A DNA stretch of 64,000 bases from the human T2T-CHM13v2.0 reference genome, Homo sapiens, in the NCBI RefSeq assembly GCF_009914755.1, contig NC_060933.1. The stretch is one strand, 5' to 3'. Below the pieces are notes generated by a model, which was given only the letters and a program-made list of their open reading frames with translations, did no database searches and had not been told where the DNA came from. Made by a program: the position numbers and the translations under genes. Positions 18,400 to 32,632 of this stretch are shown piece after piece (position 1 is the stretch's first letter; each line of letters begins with the position of its first letter).

Positions 18400-18720
18400 T
18401 CTTTGGTCTTGACCACCTGGAATCCACTGTGGCCAGCTGGATCTGCTTCAGAGGGGCTGATGAACCAGAACTCTGCATATGGATGGCAGTTTCTGGTGGA
18501 AGCTGACGTACGGGGAGCTCTGGCCAAGGCAAATTGTGGCTCTCGAGGAGGCTTCATGACGAAGGGGAAGGATGTGGTTTGAGGGCAGCAGCAGCAGCTG
18601 CTGTCACCAAACAAGCATGAAATCCACTGAGCTTCAGATGACATTGCAACTGAGGATGGCTGTTTATTAATTGGCAAATTAATATGATGTGGGGGCATAT
18701 GGAGAAATGGTGATGGGCAG
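18400..18720. promoter_or_regulatory. Candidate enhancer (E-box cluster)
   Basis: Six CANNTG E-boxes in about 290 bp of non-repeat DNA, plus CRE-like, RUNX, forkhead and homeobox cores. Motif evidence only. Confidence 0.35.
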
Positions 18721-19899
18721 AAAAGAAGATGAAGAGAGAAACATATACTGGTTCTTTCCTGTGTATTCATCTGTTACTGACACAGAGTCATCATTAGTGC
18801 CACAATGAGTATCAGGGATGGGTCATCTCCAGTTGAACTCCCTTAATTTACAGATTAAGCAACCAAGGTCAACAACGACTTCCATGACAACAGAGCCAAG
18901 CTGGCACTCAGGTCTCTTCACACCTGGCCTGTGCTTTCCTGCTCCACCAGGCTGCCAGGGGTGGTTCCCATGAGCTGTTTTAGGCCCATTTTTGGAAAAA
19001 GAGTCATTTGGTTTCATTTGTCTTAGACTAGATCCCAGAGATGTTATTTACTGTTCCCAACCCCCGATATAAAACCACTGAATGTGCAGGCCCTCTCATC
19101 AGCCAGTGCTTGACGAGTAGTACACCTGGTGCAGCCTGGATTCCACAGCCATCCTCCCTGTAACTGCATGGGTCGGGTCCTCCGTGCTTCTGTAGGACCT
19201 GCTCTTCTGAAGCACGTTCTGCGAGTGAAGGCTGCACTACGTCTTTCATGAGGCTAGACGGTGCTCTTCTTGTCCTCAGAGTTGTTTGTTGTTTGGTTGG
19301 ATTTTAAAAACTCAACAACGGCTTTGTTTATGAAAAGCAGCTTACTAGGAAAGTTGCTTCATCCTGTGATCGTGGCTAGTTTGTGAGTGATTAAATTCCC
19401 TGGCCTCCTCTTTGGAAGCAATGACCAGTCATTCTGTTGGTTTATTACTATTTCACAACATAGGAAGCAGAGCACACCACCTCTACCTAACAGTTTAACT
19501 TGAAACACCTCATCAGAGTATGTGAGTGAGACTTCACATGTGCCTGTTGCATAGTAAAAAGGACGTTTCTTTCAAAGTCACTGGGCTGGCTGAGCAGGAC
19601 CCCCACAGAAAAACAGTGTTCTTGGGCCTCAGGCATACCTCAGGGCGATGCTCAGGGATGTCTGAGCAATGTCAAGCCTGTTAGATGCATGGCAGGGAGG
19701 ATCTGGAGCACAGATTGATCTCTCAGATGGGGGTGAATGGGGAGGTAAATCATCCTTTAAAGGGACTCTTTTTCAAGGCTGAGAAACCATGTCCTGAGAA
19801 AAGGGAGGGCTCTGTTTCCAGAGGCCACACGTCTGGTTGACCTCCTTCCAGTCTCCTTGAACATGCTCTGTTCATTACTGAAACAGCGGTTTGCCTGCG

Positions 19900-20285
19900 A
19901 CTGGTCCCCACCCTTGAGGATGCTCAGCCAGTTTCCACTGCATCTCCAGGTTCTGCCCCTCCTGCAAGGCCCACCTTAAGGGCCAGCGCCTCCCTGGAAC
20001 CTTCTCCCAGAGTCTCCGTCCTCCCTGTTTTTGGTTTCTGGATTCCATCCCCACTTGCAATCACACTGCACAGTTTTGCACTTTGTTGCCTCATGTTGTT
20101 TCCTCTGGGTGGATGTGTTGGGAGAGAGGATAGGTGGTGCGTGTTTGTCCTTTCTCAGTGGCAAACTCACTAACTTCCTAAGGACAAGAACTCCGTCTTG
20201 GACTTCTTTATATTCTCTCATAGTGTTAGGCTTAATTCTCGGGACAAAGTATATGCGCACAAATACTTGATCATTCACTAGAAAA
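19900..20285 (+). mobile_element. L2 3' fragment
   Basis: 'ccctcctgcaaggcccacctt...cctggaaccttctcc' through 'aaatacttgatcatt'. Confidence 0.6.
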
Positions 20286-20379
20286 GAGTTTCAGTGTGTT
20301 CGTCGAGTAATAGGTTTAAAAAGACACACATAAAGTCTACATGGACTTGTTTTCCAAATTATTTTCAAAAGCATAATGG

Positions 20380-21385
<1,006 letters not shown>

Positions 21386-21669
21386 CTCCCACACATGGGC
21401 CAATTTGGATGAAATAAGGTATGCTGAAATAACTGTCTTTTTAGCCTTATCAGACCCTTTATGAATTCCTCAGTGAGCCACTTTTTGCATCTGCTATGTT
21501 CTGTGGTAATTATTAGAGATAGAACAGAGAAAAGACTGATATGGCCTTTACTCTCAGAAAGATGACAATTCAGCATGGGGAGACAATACACAGGAGGACA
21601 AATAAATGAACGAAATAATTATGAGATAATAGTAAGTACTATATGAAAAAAGTCACATGGTCTTGGTTT

Positions 21670-24600
21670 AAAAACTTTTCCATTTATTGGCTATTACTCA
21701 GTTGCTTATTATATGAATGAGACATTCAGTCTTCATCAAAGCTATTTTGGTTTCTCTTTTGGATTGTGCCAGTAAATCTCTATGAGTTTTTTAGAGGGGA
21801 AAAAAATGCGTTAAAAATTGCTTTGCTGGACCATTCATAAGAGGATTTATTTAGACTGGAAAGTTTTACGCTGACATTTCTAAAAAGTTTATATCTGGGT
21901 ATGTTTATATTAATTAAGGTTTTATTTATATAATATGAATGCACATTTTCAGGAGCCATTTATTTAAACATGTAAAGACCATTAAGAAAAGTGTTGTCAG
22001 TAATAGAAGAGACTTCTAATGGTATGTGTTTAATAAAGCAATGTAATTTATAAAATACTTAGAAAAATATTAATGTTTTATACTTTTTTCCCAAGGTAGG
22101 AATTTTTATTTTCCTGCATTTCATACACAACAGTATAATTCAGTTATTTTAATTTTATAATAGGTTGCTGTTAGAGCCAGATCTGTCTTTGCAGGAGAGA
22201 TTTTTTTAAAATGTGAGTAAAACAAAGAGCCATCAGCAACACTTGTGTGGCTTTGATTTGATGTACTTTTTAACACTCCACGCTGATTTCTGGAGTCTTG
22301 TACTAAAATTGCTTAGGGTTAAGGAGCTATTTTATACAATCTTCATTTTACGACTCCTTCATTAACACACACTCGAGTAATTTTCTAGTGTCTAACACTA
22401 ATTTTCAGCTATTTAAATCCATGGTTTATCATCTCCTAACTATGATGAAGACCAGAATCTGGAGAAAAAAGGGAATCTGCATTGTTTGGAATATCTTTAA
22501 ATAAGAAATCCTAGAGAATGGTTCTGGATTTTACATGTAGAAACGTTAATCAACAGCAATAAACTCTGTGCTGACGACATATTTAAAACAAATGAGGACT
22601 TAGGAAAAAACAGGAAATTTGACCAAACGACTCTCCTAGTAACAGGTTTTGTGTGTCTTTGTTAAGAGCATCGCAGCTTGTTTTAATTCTTTTTTTACTT
22701 CCTTTCCAAAATTTGATGTTAAGTTTCTTCACAGTTTTATATACAGCTTTTATTTAATAACCACTCTTCACTTCAAACGAACTGATTTCTGTAACAGGAA
22801 TTACAAATGAAAGGAATCTGTAATGAAATTGAAGTGCTGCATTTCAGTCCATAGGCATATTGGTGTTATAAATTGCTGATTAGTGAGTCTTTTGCTAGGC
22901 TAGGGCTTAAACTGCTTTCAAGCCCACTTTTAATTGGTAACATTACTTGGCATTTTGTAGGGTGGAAATGCCTTTTGCTTACCATTCTTAGCCTTATTTT
23001 TATATTCTTAATTTAAACTTGACCCTTTGTTGTCACTGTAATGCAAGAAACCATTCCTGTTTAATCTTGGACAGCTGCATATGTTTAGAGACTATATGCA
23101 TAGGTTCTCACAGAAATCTGACCTAAAACAGACAGATGTTGGAACTCTTATGTAAAAATCTATTCTAAACAATCTGGGCTACTGCTAGACAGGAATGCCA
23201 AACATTTCCAACCGCAAATTATACTTGATAATAACCACCTTGATAGCAGAAAGCAGCAGACCCCTGTTCCATGACAGGATCTAGAGGAAGGTAACAGGTC
23301 TTTGGCATTTTAACTCAGATTTGCTACATTTACAGAGATGAGGGCCATTGCAAATGGCATCATTGTGAAAATTAGAAACTATTAATTTACGTACAGAAAT
23401 TCTCCGAACACAAAAGTCTTTATTCTCTTTTTCCATGTAACCAGACCGTAGCAAGGAGTCACTGACTGGGAAGCAGGAGTCGGCCTGAAGCCAGGAGGGC
23501 CGAGCACACAAAGAGCCATGTGGCTCAAGGGGGAGATGGACATGCGTGCCCTTTTCAAGTTTCTGAAATCAGTGTATTTCTGAAGAATCATTTAAATAAG
23601 CTCACCAGCGTGTTTTATTTTGTGAAATGTGGGGCATGCCGGTTATGAAATGGGGACTCTGAAATGTGATACATCCATCTTAACCAGCTCAGGGTTTATT
23701 CAATTCTTCCAGCCCTAATCCTATTAACTCTCATGCACAAAGGAAATACAGGACTCCTCTCTGATGATTCTACCCAGGCCTCCTGGCATTTGGAAACCAA
23801 ACTTTAAATTTTACAAATGATGTCTACTAGTTCATTAAAAACTAATCATAATAATGTTTTTAATAAACTAATAGGCTTTACATGTAAAATCTAAAATTTG
23901 AAGGTAGCTTCAAGCATCAAGGAAGCTACCTTTCAAAATTTTAGATTGTTTACTTTAAGAAAAGGCATTAGAAGAGATTGATGATTTCAATCAGTATATA
24001 GAATTGTAGGATTTTTATAAAAACAATTTATTTGAATATGGAAATTTTTGGTGTGAAGTACATCAAATATAAGTCTTTTTCAAACCAAATCTTTGGTTTT
24101 ACAAATAAAGCTTATTGGTTGATTAAAAATACAGCCAGCATCAATGTAACCAGTGTTCAAATTGGATTTTTTAGACTGTTTACTTAAGGGATTTTGAAGA
24201 GTTTGGTGACTCATAATCAGTTTATAAAATGTGAGGATTTTTTAATAGCAGCCTTATTTAAAATAAGTCAAAATGTTGGTGTGAAATGCATGAAACTTAT
24301 TTCTGGCTGTATGTCATTTGGACATAAATCTAACCCAGCAAAATTCCAAGATCTAATTATGATGCTATGGGAAGCTAATCTCATTGCAGTGAAGATGAGC
24401 TAATGACACATTAGTCCATATTGTATTATATACTTTTCAGTCTGCTGCCTGCTATTTTGATTAAATTTACTTCCTACCATTCAGATTTGAAACAGCAAAG
24501 CCTTTCTGTTATTACCTATCAAGTTTATAAAGCTTTTCTCTGAAATTTTGAAGTGTTTTAGATTTCCTTCACTTAACAAAATTTTATACAACGCTTAATG

Positions 24601-26000
24601 TAAAATCACAGAAGATTTGCATTTATCCCCTTTCTGTTTAGAAGTACTTGCTATTTCCAGGTACCAGGCTGTAGTCAGCACGGCCCACTCTCGGCCGAGG
24701 TGGCCTGGAATGTCTAGTCATTTCAGTTTACGTAACAGTTTCCCTGGCCTGTTTGCTTTCAGAGGTCACTTCAGTGTCAGCCTCAGCAGTCCACGTATAA
24801 GTCTGCCTGTTCCACACGATTCACAGAGGGAAAGAAAATACTGTATCTGAGGCATTCTTCCTACTTTGCGTAGCCCATATTATTTGAATGTACATTAAAA
24901 CAGTGATAACATTCACCTCATACACTGAAGAGTAGATTTGCTTTTCTTTCTGATTTCTTATTCTGTCAGACTCTTTTCCTGACTGGAAGACACCTAGTTT
25001 TCTAGCCAGGATAGCTGAATGCTCCCTTTGCAAACACCTTGGCCTGAAGTTAGAATGAAACTGTAGTCAGCACCCCTTATCATTCTTCAGAAAGTCTTCC
25101 CAGCCCTGATAGGATCTGTTCTGATTCGGAATATCAGGGAACATTTCTTGGTGAATAAACCTGGCTTCTTATATACTGGTGCAGTCACTTCCCTGTAACG
25201 AGGTAATTTAAGCCAGTTGCCTTTCATTTCAACCATGTCAAAGTATCAAATAAAGCTATAACTTCAGACCAGCCAGGAAAATGAGAGGCCGGACAGAGTA
25301 ACATGTTTATAATATAAATCCTTCCTGTTTTCTCAACCCATGCTCCCCTGGCTGTTTTCCATTCTGACAGAACACTCTGGAGATTTGCCTACAGACAGTG
25401 ACCACCAATTTAAAGATTTGTTGATGACTAAGAAAAATTCCAAAGCTGCAAATGAACGAATCCAATGCTGACTAAAACAACTGACCAAAATTACTAATTC
25501 CTAGGCTGCTTTAGCACGAATGGTCATAACAACTGGGATAGCAGGCCTGTGTCACTCATTCCCTAGTAAAGCAGCTTGGAGGCCACAGGTGACTTCCTCT
25601 TCTTTCCAGACTGAGATGTACCAGAAATAGTGCAGTTCACCAGTTTGGGGAAGGCAGTTGTCTGGGAGTAATCATACCTGCAAATCACTTGATCTCAAGG
25701 ACTGTGCTTGCTGACTTGAGAACATCTATTTTCTTCAATTTTAGATGTAACACGGCTACCTTGTACTCACTTTGAGTCTCACCGAATTCCCGTGCATTGA
25801 GGGTCCACTGGAATTCTTTGTTCATGGGCATTTTGACTGCTAGTATGGATGAGGTGGTGAGAAATGGTGGCAGACACACATAATTTGTGTGTCCCATATT
25901 TTCATTTTGCACCAAGCTTCTTTGCTCCCATGCATGCTCCATTGCTGCATCAGATTTCACTTACAAAGCGTAGGTCCAAAGATAACATTAACAGGAGTTT
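21670..26000. other. Repeat-free AT-rich unique block (candidate conserved non-coding region)
   Basis: No Alu, L1, L2 or MIR recognisable over about 4.3 kb in an otherwise repeat-saturated window. Confidence 0.45.
23884..23953. repeat. Near-perfect inverted repeat (hairpin)
   Basis: aatctaaaatttgaaggtagcttc (23888-23911), 10-nt loop, gaagctacctttcaaaattttagatt (23922-23947). Confidence 0.9.
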
Positions 26001-26295
26001 CAAGACAGTGACAGCAGATCATTAAACCAAGTGTGGGATGAGTGGGGCCTTGTGACTACACAGGCCAATGCAGTGGAAGCTCCCTATGTTACCTTCCCTG
26101 ATTTCATTCCTTTCCCTGCCCCTCTCCCAGCAACCACTATAATTTTCTATTCTCATGTGTATCTTTATTATTTTACTTCATGTGTATTCGGAATGTATTT
26201 AGTATTGCTTGCCATATTTTAAAACTTAATGTGGACAGTGTCATTAGGAACCTGCAGCTTGTTTTTTCCTCTCAAAACGTTTACTGTATGTTTTT

Positions 26296-26610
26296 GGCCA
26301 GGCATGGGGGCTCTCGCCTGTAATCCCAGCACTTTGGGAGGCCAATGCAGGTGGATCACTTGAGGTCAGGAGTTCGAGACCAGCCTGGCCAGCATGGTGA
26401 AACCCCTTCTCTACTAAAAATACAAAAATTAGCTGGGCATGGTGGTGTGTACCTGTAATTCCAGCTACTTGGGAGGCTGAGGCAAGATAATCCCTGGAAC
26501 CTGGGAGGCAGAGGCTGCAGTGAGCCAAGACTGCGCCACTTCACTCAAACCTGGGTGACAGAGCAAGACTCCGTCTCAAAAAATAAAAATAAAAAATAAA
26601 TAAAAATAAA
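26296..26610 (+). mobile_element. AluS within an old L1ME-like fragment
   Basis: Full dimer with (A4-6T)n tail; flanks resemble antisense L1ME 3'UTR. Confidence 0.9.
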
Positions 26611-27319
26611 GACATTTGCTGTATGTTTTAAAAATTTGTCCATGTTGCTGTGGCAATAGCCTTTGTGTCCAGTTTAATTTTATGTGTCTGAAGTTCCAAG
26701 TTTTTGATCCTTTAAGTTGTTGACTGTTAGTGAATGCCCTATTTCTAGCTTGGGTGGGGTGCATGTAGTGATTAGCTTTTGAGGCTGTATTTAACCAAAA
26801 ATTTGTTTGGAGACTTGAGTCATCAACCCTTATCTGTTGTATTGAGTTTCCACTCAGCCCATTGTCTGGGCAGAATGTGGGCTGGAAAAGTTTACTAGTG
26901 TCTCTTGGCAATCAATTGCTGTGGGATGGCACAGCCCACATAGAATGGGGTTGGTAATGTTTTTTGGGTTAGACCATTTACCTTCAAATGAAATTGAATT
27001 AGTGTAAAAGGAAGCCTGTAGAAATATAGAATCAAAGCCAGATACGGCTCGTGTTACCCAGAAGCAGAATGAATGATTACTTATCTGTAGAATGTCATCT
27101 GAGGACAGCGTATCTGCTGTGAATCTCTCTCCACAGATTTTTCCTTTAGGTAATCATTGCCCAATCTCATTATACTCATTACTTTTTACAGTTTGTAATA
27201 TTAAGTGTGACCCTTTGATAGGAGTGGCATTATCAAATTGATTTCTCCCCTAATAGGAAAGATGGAACATGATTGGGCACTTCGTCCTCAGGCAGGAGAG
27301 GGAGGAATAGAAGCCATGA

Positions 27320-27627
<308 letters not shown>

Positions 27628-27719
27628 GAAGACATTAATTATTTTAAAAGGGAAGGGGGGCAGTCAAAACATGAATTTTTTTAAGGAGAAGAGTATCGAG
27701 AATTAATAATAATCATTTT

Positions 27720-27920
27720 CATTTCTAGACTACCAGTCTGTCTGGCAGATGCTGAGTGGCTTACATACATTCAAATCCCATTCAGTCCTCACAACAACCC
27801 CAAATGATAGGTATTTGTTTTATTTTATAAATGAGAAGTTTAGACACAAAGTTCCCTCAAGGTCCCAGAATTGGTGATGGGAAGGCTGGTATTTGAACCC
27901 AGAGGCTACAGAGGCAGGAC
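27720..27920 (-). mobile_element. MIR
   Basis: 'cattcagtcctcacaacaaccc...ttttataaatgagaag...ggtatttgaaccc'. Confidence 0.72.
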
Positions 27921-28199
27921 TGCACATATTCCAGTAAGCCAAGCTTGCTGATGCTACAGTTTAGCAGTGAGCCAGCCTTGTCTCAGGCAGGGGTCACCAC
28001 TGGTGCCTGGTGCCAGGTGATGACTAGATGTACGCTGTGACATTTGCGGATAGTGAAGATATAAGTTGGATCTGGGTCGGCCAAGTGGGAAAAGTAGTAA
28101 AATGTTAGTGGTTATGTGGTTTCTAAGGAAGAGCCAGAAAAATTAAAGTCACTATCTTTTGGGTTTTTATAGACCTGCCTTTGGCTTCAAAGGATCGCT

Positions 28200-28460
28200 G
28201 CCCTACTTGAGGTCTGTCTGTGTCTGGCTGGCCTTCATAAGGGTGTTCGGGCTGCTGCCCTCCTCTCTCTGCCGTGATTGGACTAGGCCATTGTCCGCTC
28301 CCTCAGCAGTAAAGTAGTGCACATGTGGGCTGTTCCTCTTTCTTTCCACTCCTTTTTCAGCCCTCCTCCTCCACTCTTCCTAATGTGGGTGTGGGCGCAG
28401 GCGCGACTCCCAGTTCCATTCTCTGCAAAGGTCTGTAGCCTGGAGGACATTCTGATGCCC
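28200..28460. promoter_or_regulatory. Candidate promoter/enhancer-like element
   Basis: Non-repeat patch retaining CpGs, with ATTGG (28277), CATTGT (28289), GGGTGTGGG (28387) and NRF1-like GCGCAGGCGC (28395-28404). Confidence 0.3.
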
Positions 28461-29062
28461 CACCCTGACACCATATTTTTGAGCCTGTGTCAGCAGCCTT
28501 TCTACTCACTCTTATTATATCCTTTCATATGACCTTGATTCAACTTGCTATCTTTAGCTTTGCTCTCTTAACCACAGGCACAGGTAATGCCACCACTCAA
28601 GTGATCACTTTATCTACAGGCCTCTGTTTTAAACATGTCTTTTATTTATCATCTACCCAGGAACCTCTCTGGTTTGATCACATGATTTTCAGACTTCCTG
28701 ACATCTGAGTGCGGGACATACCACCCTGCGTAATGGTGGCTGATTTTAATCTTCTTGGCCACAATAAATCTGACACATACCTCAAGCCAATGGCATGCTC
28801 ATCTTGATATTTTGATCCCATTTCCTTTACCACAGAGATTGTCTGATTGAAGAAAGTAGCTCAGCATGTGCTGTTTTTGGTTTTACTAATGTTGGAGTGT
28901 CAGATTGGCATTCCAGCACACTTGAATTTCTGCAACCTCTTATCAACTTGATTGTTACAGACTTAAAAGTATTTTGCCTATCTGATATTTATTGGTACTG
29001 AAGTTTGGTTAATTTTTTTTTTCCTATCTTGCATCTCATTCATCAAAGTAACAAGAAATATG

Positions 29063-29360
29063 GGCTGGGCATGGTGGTTCACGCCTGTAATCCCAGCACT
29101 TTCAGAGGCTGAGGTCAGTGGATCACTTGAGCCCAGGAGTTTGAAACCAGCCTAGGCAACATGGCAAAACCCTGTCTCTATACAAAATACTAAAGTTAAC
29201 CAGGCATGTTTGTGTGTGCTTGTAGTCCCAGCTACTCGGGAGGCTGAGGTGGGAGGATCATCTGAGCTTGGGGAGGTCGAAGCAGCAGTGAGCCCTGATT
29301 GTGCCACTGCACTCCAGCCTGGGCAACAGAGGGAGACCCTGTCTCAAAGAAGAAAAAAAA
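29063..29360 (+). mobile_element. AluJ
   Basis: AluJ diagnostics 'ttgagcccaggagtttgaaaccagcctaggcaac'. Confidence 0.9.
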
Positions 29361-32300
29361 GACGAAATTTTCCTCCTAGTTTTTTCTAGCTCAGCAAGAC
29401 ACCTATAGGAAACTTATGGTTCTAGAGTCAGCAAAAGTAGTGTCTAGAATTTCCGTGTCACTTTCCTCCCCCAGGTCTTTTTGGGATGAGTTTTTCTGGG
29501 TATATGAATAAGTGATCCTACAAGTGAGGCGTGTGTTTAAAATGGATCGATGGCAGGGCGAACCATCACGCACTCTGGCAGAGATCTAAACGGGGGCAGT
29601 AGTCATTCTTCAGTCGTGTTTTTCTTTTGGTTGGTTGGTTTTTAAAGGTCATCTGTCTAACCCCTCATTTTACAGAGGCGGAAACAGGCCAAGAAAGGTT
29701 GCCTTACATCGCTACTCAGAGAATTACATGGCAAAAATGGGCCCAAACCCGGGGCTCATGAGTGCATGTTCTCAGAACCCCTAGGAGGGATTTCAAAACC
29801 CAAGTCCCACATGATTCTGGATCATTAACTCAACAAGCAGCAGACATGCCTCTTTAAGGCAAAAGTTCTATGTTCCATCAGTGAGCTTCTCATACCACCG
29901 TGTCTCCTATATTCTTCAGTAAAAGACTTTAATATCTAAAACTCCTTTAACCTCAAATCCTGTTATCCCCAAATGAGGCAATAACTTACTCGGTGAGATG
30001 TGTGCACCATCCTGCTCAGTTTGTGAATGCTTCATTACATTTATATGGATGGTATATTTTCCAAGAGCTAGATAAAATATTTCCTCTTCTCAAGTAGCTG
30101 CCTACTCATTTGGAAAGAAAAGACGTGAAAGATGAACAAACAGCCATTAAGTGCAATCATTGGTGCCTTAAAACTTTAAGGAAAATAAAAATCACTGGAA
30201 GTCGGGGCAGTCACGGGAGGCATCCAGAGAGCTTTCTCACTCACAAGAGGGTTAAGGTCTTTACTGGCAGGTTAAGTAGCCAGGCAGGAAGATTTGTCAA
30301 AGAGGAACCCAGAGTCCAGGAGAGGCAATAAGGAAAGGAAATATATCCAGGGGCAGTGAAGTATAACACAAATAAATAGGTTGAGGCGGATAGCAGAGGA
30401 GCCGATGATCCAAAGAGAAGGCAACAAGGAAAGGGTGGGGAAAGGATATGAGGGGAAAAAAAACAGGGAGGAAAAAACTGAAAATGAATCACCTAATTAA
30501 TGGGTGGGAATACTGGCTGATGGTTTCCAGGGGCATTGTTTCTAGTCCAGTTATCTGTCAGAAATGCTTTGGATTCATGGCCAAAGGAAATTTAGGAGAA
30601 ACCTCCCAGATAAAATACTTGAATGCTTTCCCCAAGCTTCTATTTTTACTTGTCTTACTTCAAAGACTACGAAAGACAGTGTTATACCTTTTGACCAAGA
30701 ATATAATTTGAAAGTCCTGATTCCAGAATTCTTTGGAATTAACAAATATGTGGTGTGGTCCTTATCTTATTATGTTGGGAAGCACCTGACATCTTTGGAG
30801 CCAGAGCATAACTTGATAAATAACAGTTGCATGAGTGGTTAGGAGATAACTCTGAGAAGGAGCTGGGGACTTTGCACAGATTCAAAGAAGAGACAGAAGA
30901 GGGAAACTGCTGCCTTCACATCATTTCTCCCTTCCTTTGTATCTGGTTTATTCATGAGAAATTATGAATCAACCTGAAGAATCTGAGCAGTTATTTGTAG
31001 ACCTTAAAGAACAAATTTAGTTTCCTTTGGTTTATTATGTTTACATATTTAATATATTGATTGAACAAAGAGTGACCGAATGCTTAATATTTTTTCAAGC
31101 AACTTCTTTGATATGATATTGTCTTATTCTTTGTTTCATCAAGATGCTATACAAATTTTCAGGTAGTAGAAGTTTCAGTAAATGATATATATTGCTGACA
31201 TGTTTAGTCAAGTTATAGCCACTACACACAGTAAAGTGAGAAGATTATACATCCTCTCTCAATGGAGGATGAATAAACTATTAGTAGTTTATTGAGTACA
31301 TTCCTTTTTGTGTATACCTGGGATGTATACACACAAAAAAGGAAGAATGATAGGAAACATGTAAAGTATATTAGAAATAACTATGTTTTATTTTGTGATC
31401 ATGGAGAAATATGGGTTCACTTTAATATTGAATTGAAAAAATAAAAATGTGATTAGAAATTTTTGTATTTAATGAGTCATTAGATATGATTATAAATTTT
31501 TCAAAAAGCATTATACAGTTCTCCAATGTTATATACCAGGCAGCACTGTGAGTGTTCTCAAAGGCATTGCTCAGTCTCCACTCCCTTTTTTAATCCAGGA
31601 AAAGTACTAATGATTTAATATTTTTCTACAAGAATATCCCACTTTCAGAGGTTTTTATTATTTTTTAAAGAGAAAGTTGGTTACAAACAGCATCTAAAAG
31701 AACATTCCTTTAAAAAAAAAGCCACAGGAAAATCGAGTTATTTTTATAATGATAATACTTTATACAGATCTGTGGTCTTTCATCTAAGAACTTTCAAGCA
31801 CTTTTGAAATGTTGACTCATCAATCCGTGACACACTTAGCAGATTGGGCAGTAATTCTGCTTCCATTTGGTTTCAAAGAACTCACTGTGTCCTAAGGTAT
31901 GCGGATGCTTTTTTTAAAAGAATTATTGTTTTGATTTCTTCCCTTTTTCTTTTTTTAAATTTTATTTTATTTTTTATTTCTTGTTAAAGGCCAGAAGAAA
32001 TATGGCTTGGTCCCAACCCACTAGGAACTCAGTGTGATGAAGGCAGGAGCCACAGAAAAGTTCTTCCAATTCCCAATAACACATGCTACGACTTAAAAAC
32101 CAGAGACGGAAATCTCTACATATTTTGAACAGTCCAGAAAGGCATTCAGAAGATTTGAGCCTTAAATTATTCCAAGATACAGAAGGCAGACTTGCTTTGC
32201 TGAATTGACATTTTAATCAGTATTTCCTTATTTATTTTTTAACAAGGCAACTATATTATTTATAATATCCTGCCAAACATGAATGCATGCCTTTCACCTG

Positions 32301-32632
32301 TGTAAGGGGCTCAAGGATGGATTCTTGGCTGAAGAATTCCTCTGGAAATATTTCCCAGGCCAAAGGTGGGAAAATAGGCTGCCAGTAATTGGAAGTTTTA
32401 TGAAGTATGCATTAAGATTTTATTTATTAATAGTCTCAAGATTTAGCCTTATCTTTCCAATTTTCTTTGATAGGTAAAATCAGTAGCCTTTCTGCTACCC
32501 TTTAGGGTGTTAAAGCAGTGAGTTGTGTTGGGGGTTATTTTTCAACCCAGGGTCCATGTTTTTTCACCCACATGATTTTTAATTACTTCACTTCCAGTTA
32601 AAGAATGGTATGAAAGTACTGTTTATATGTCT

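Noticed and set aside
18285-18770. 161-aa minus-strand ORF
   Set aside because: No recognisable domain, and it runs into a MIR-like sequence; the region is better explained as regulatory.
27135-27155. AG|GT after a pyrimidine tract (possible recursive splice site); similar site at about 32473
   Set aside because: The donor parts (GTAATC, GTAAAA) lack the GTRAG consensus, and host gene orientation is unknown.
29461-29530. Possible 49-nt plus-strand exon (29475-29523)
   Set aside because: Good acceptor but moderate donor, not a multiple of three, and no other support; such pairs are common by chance.
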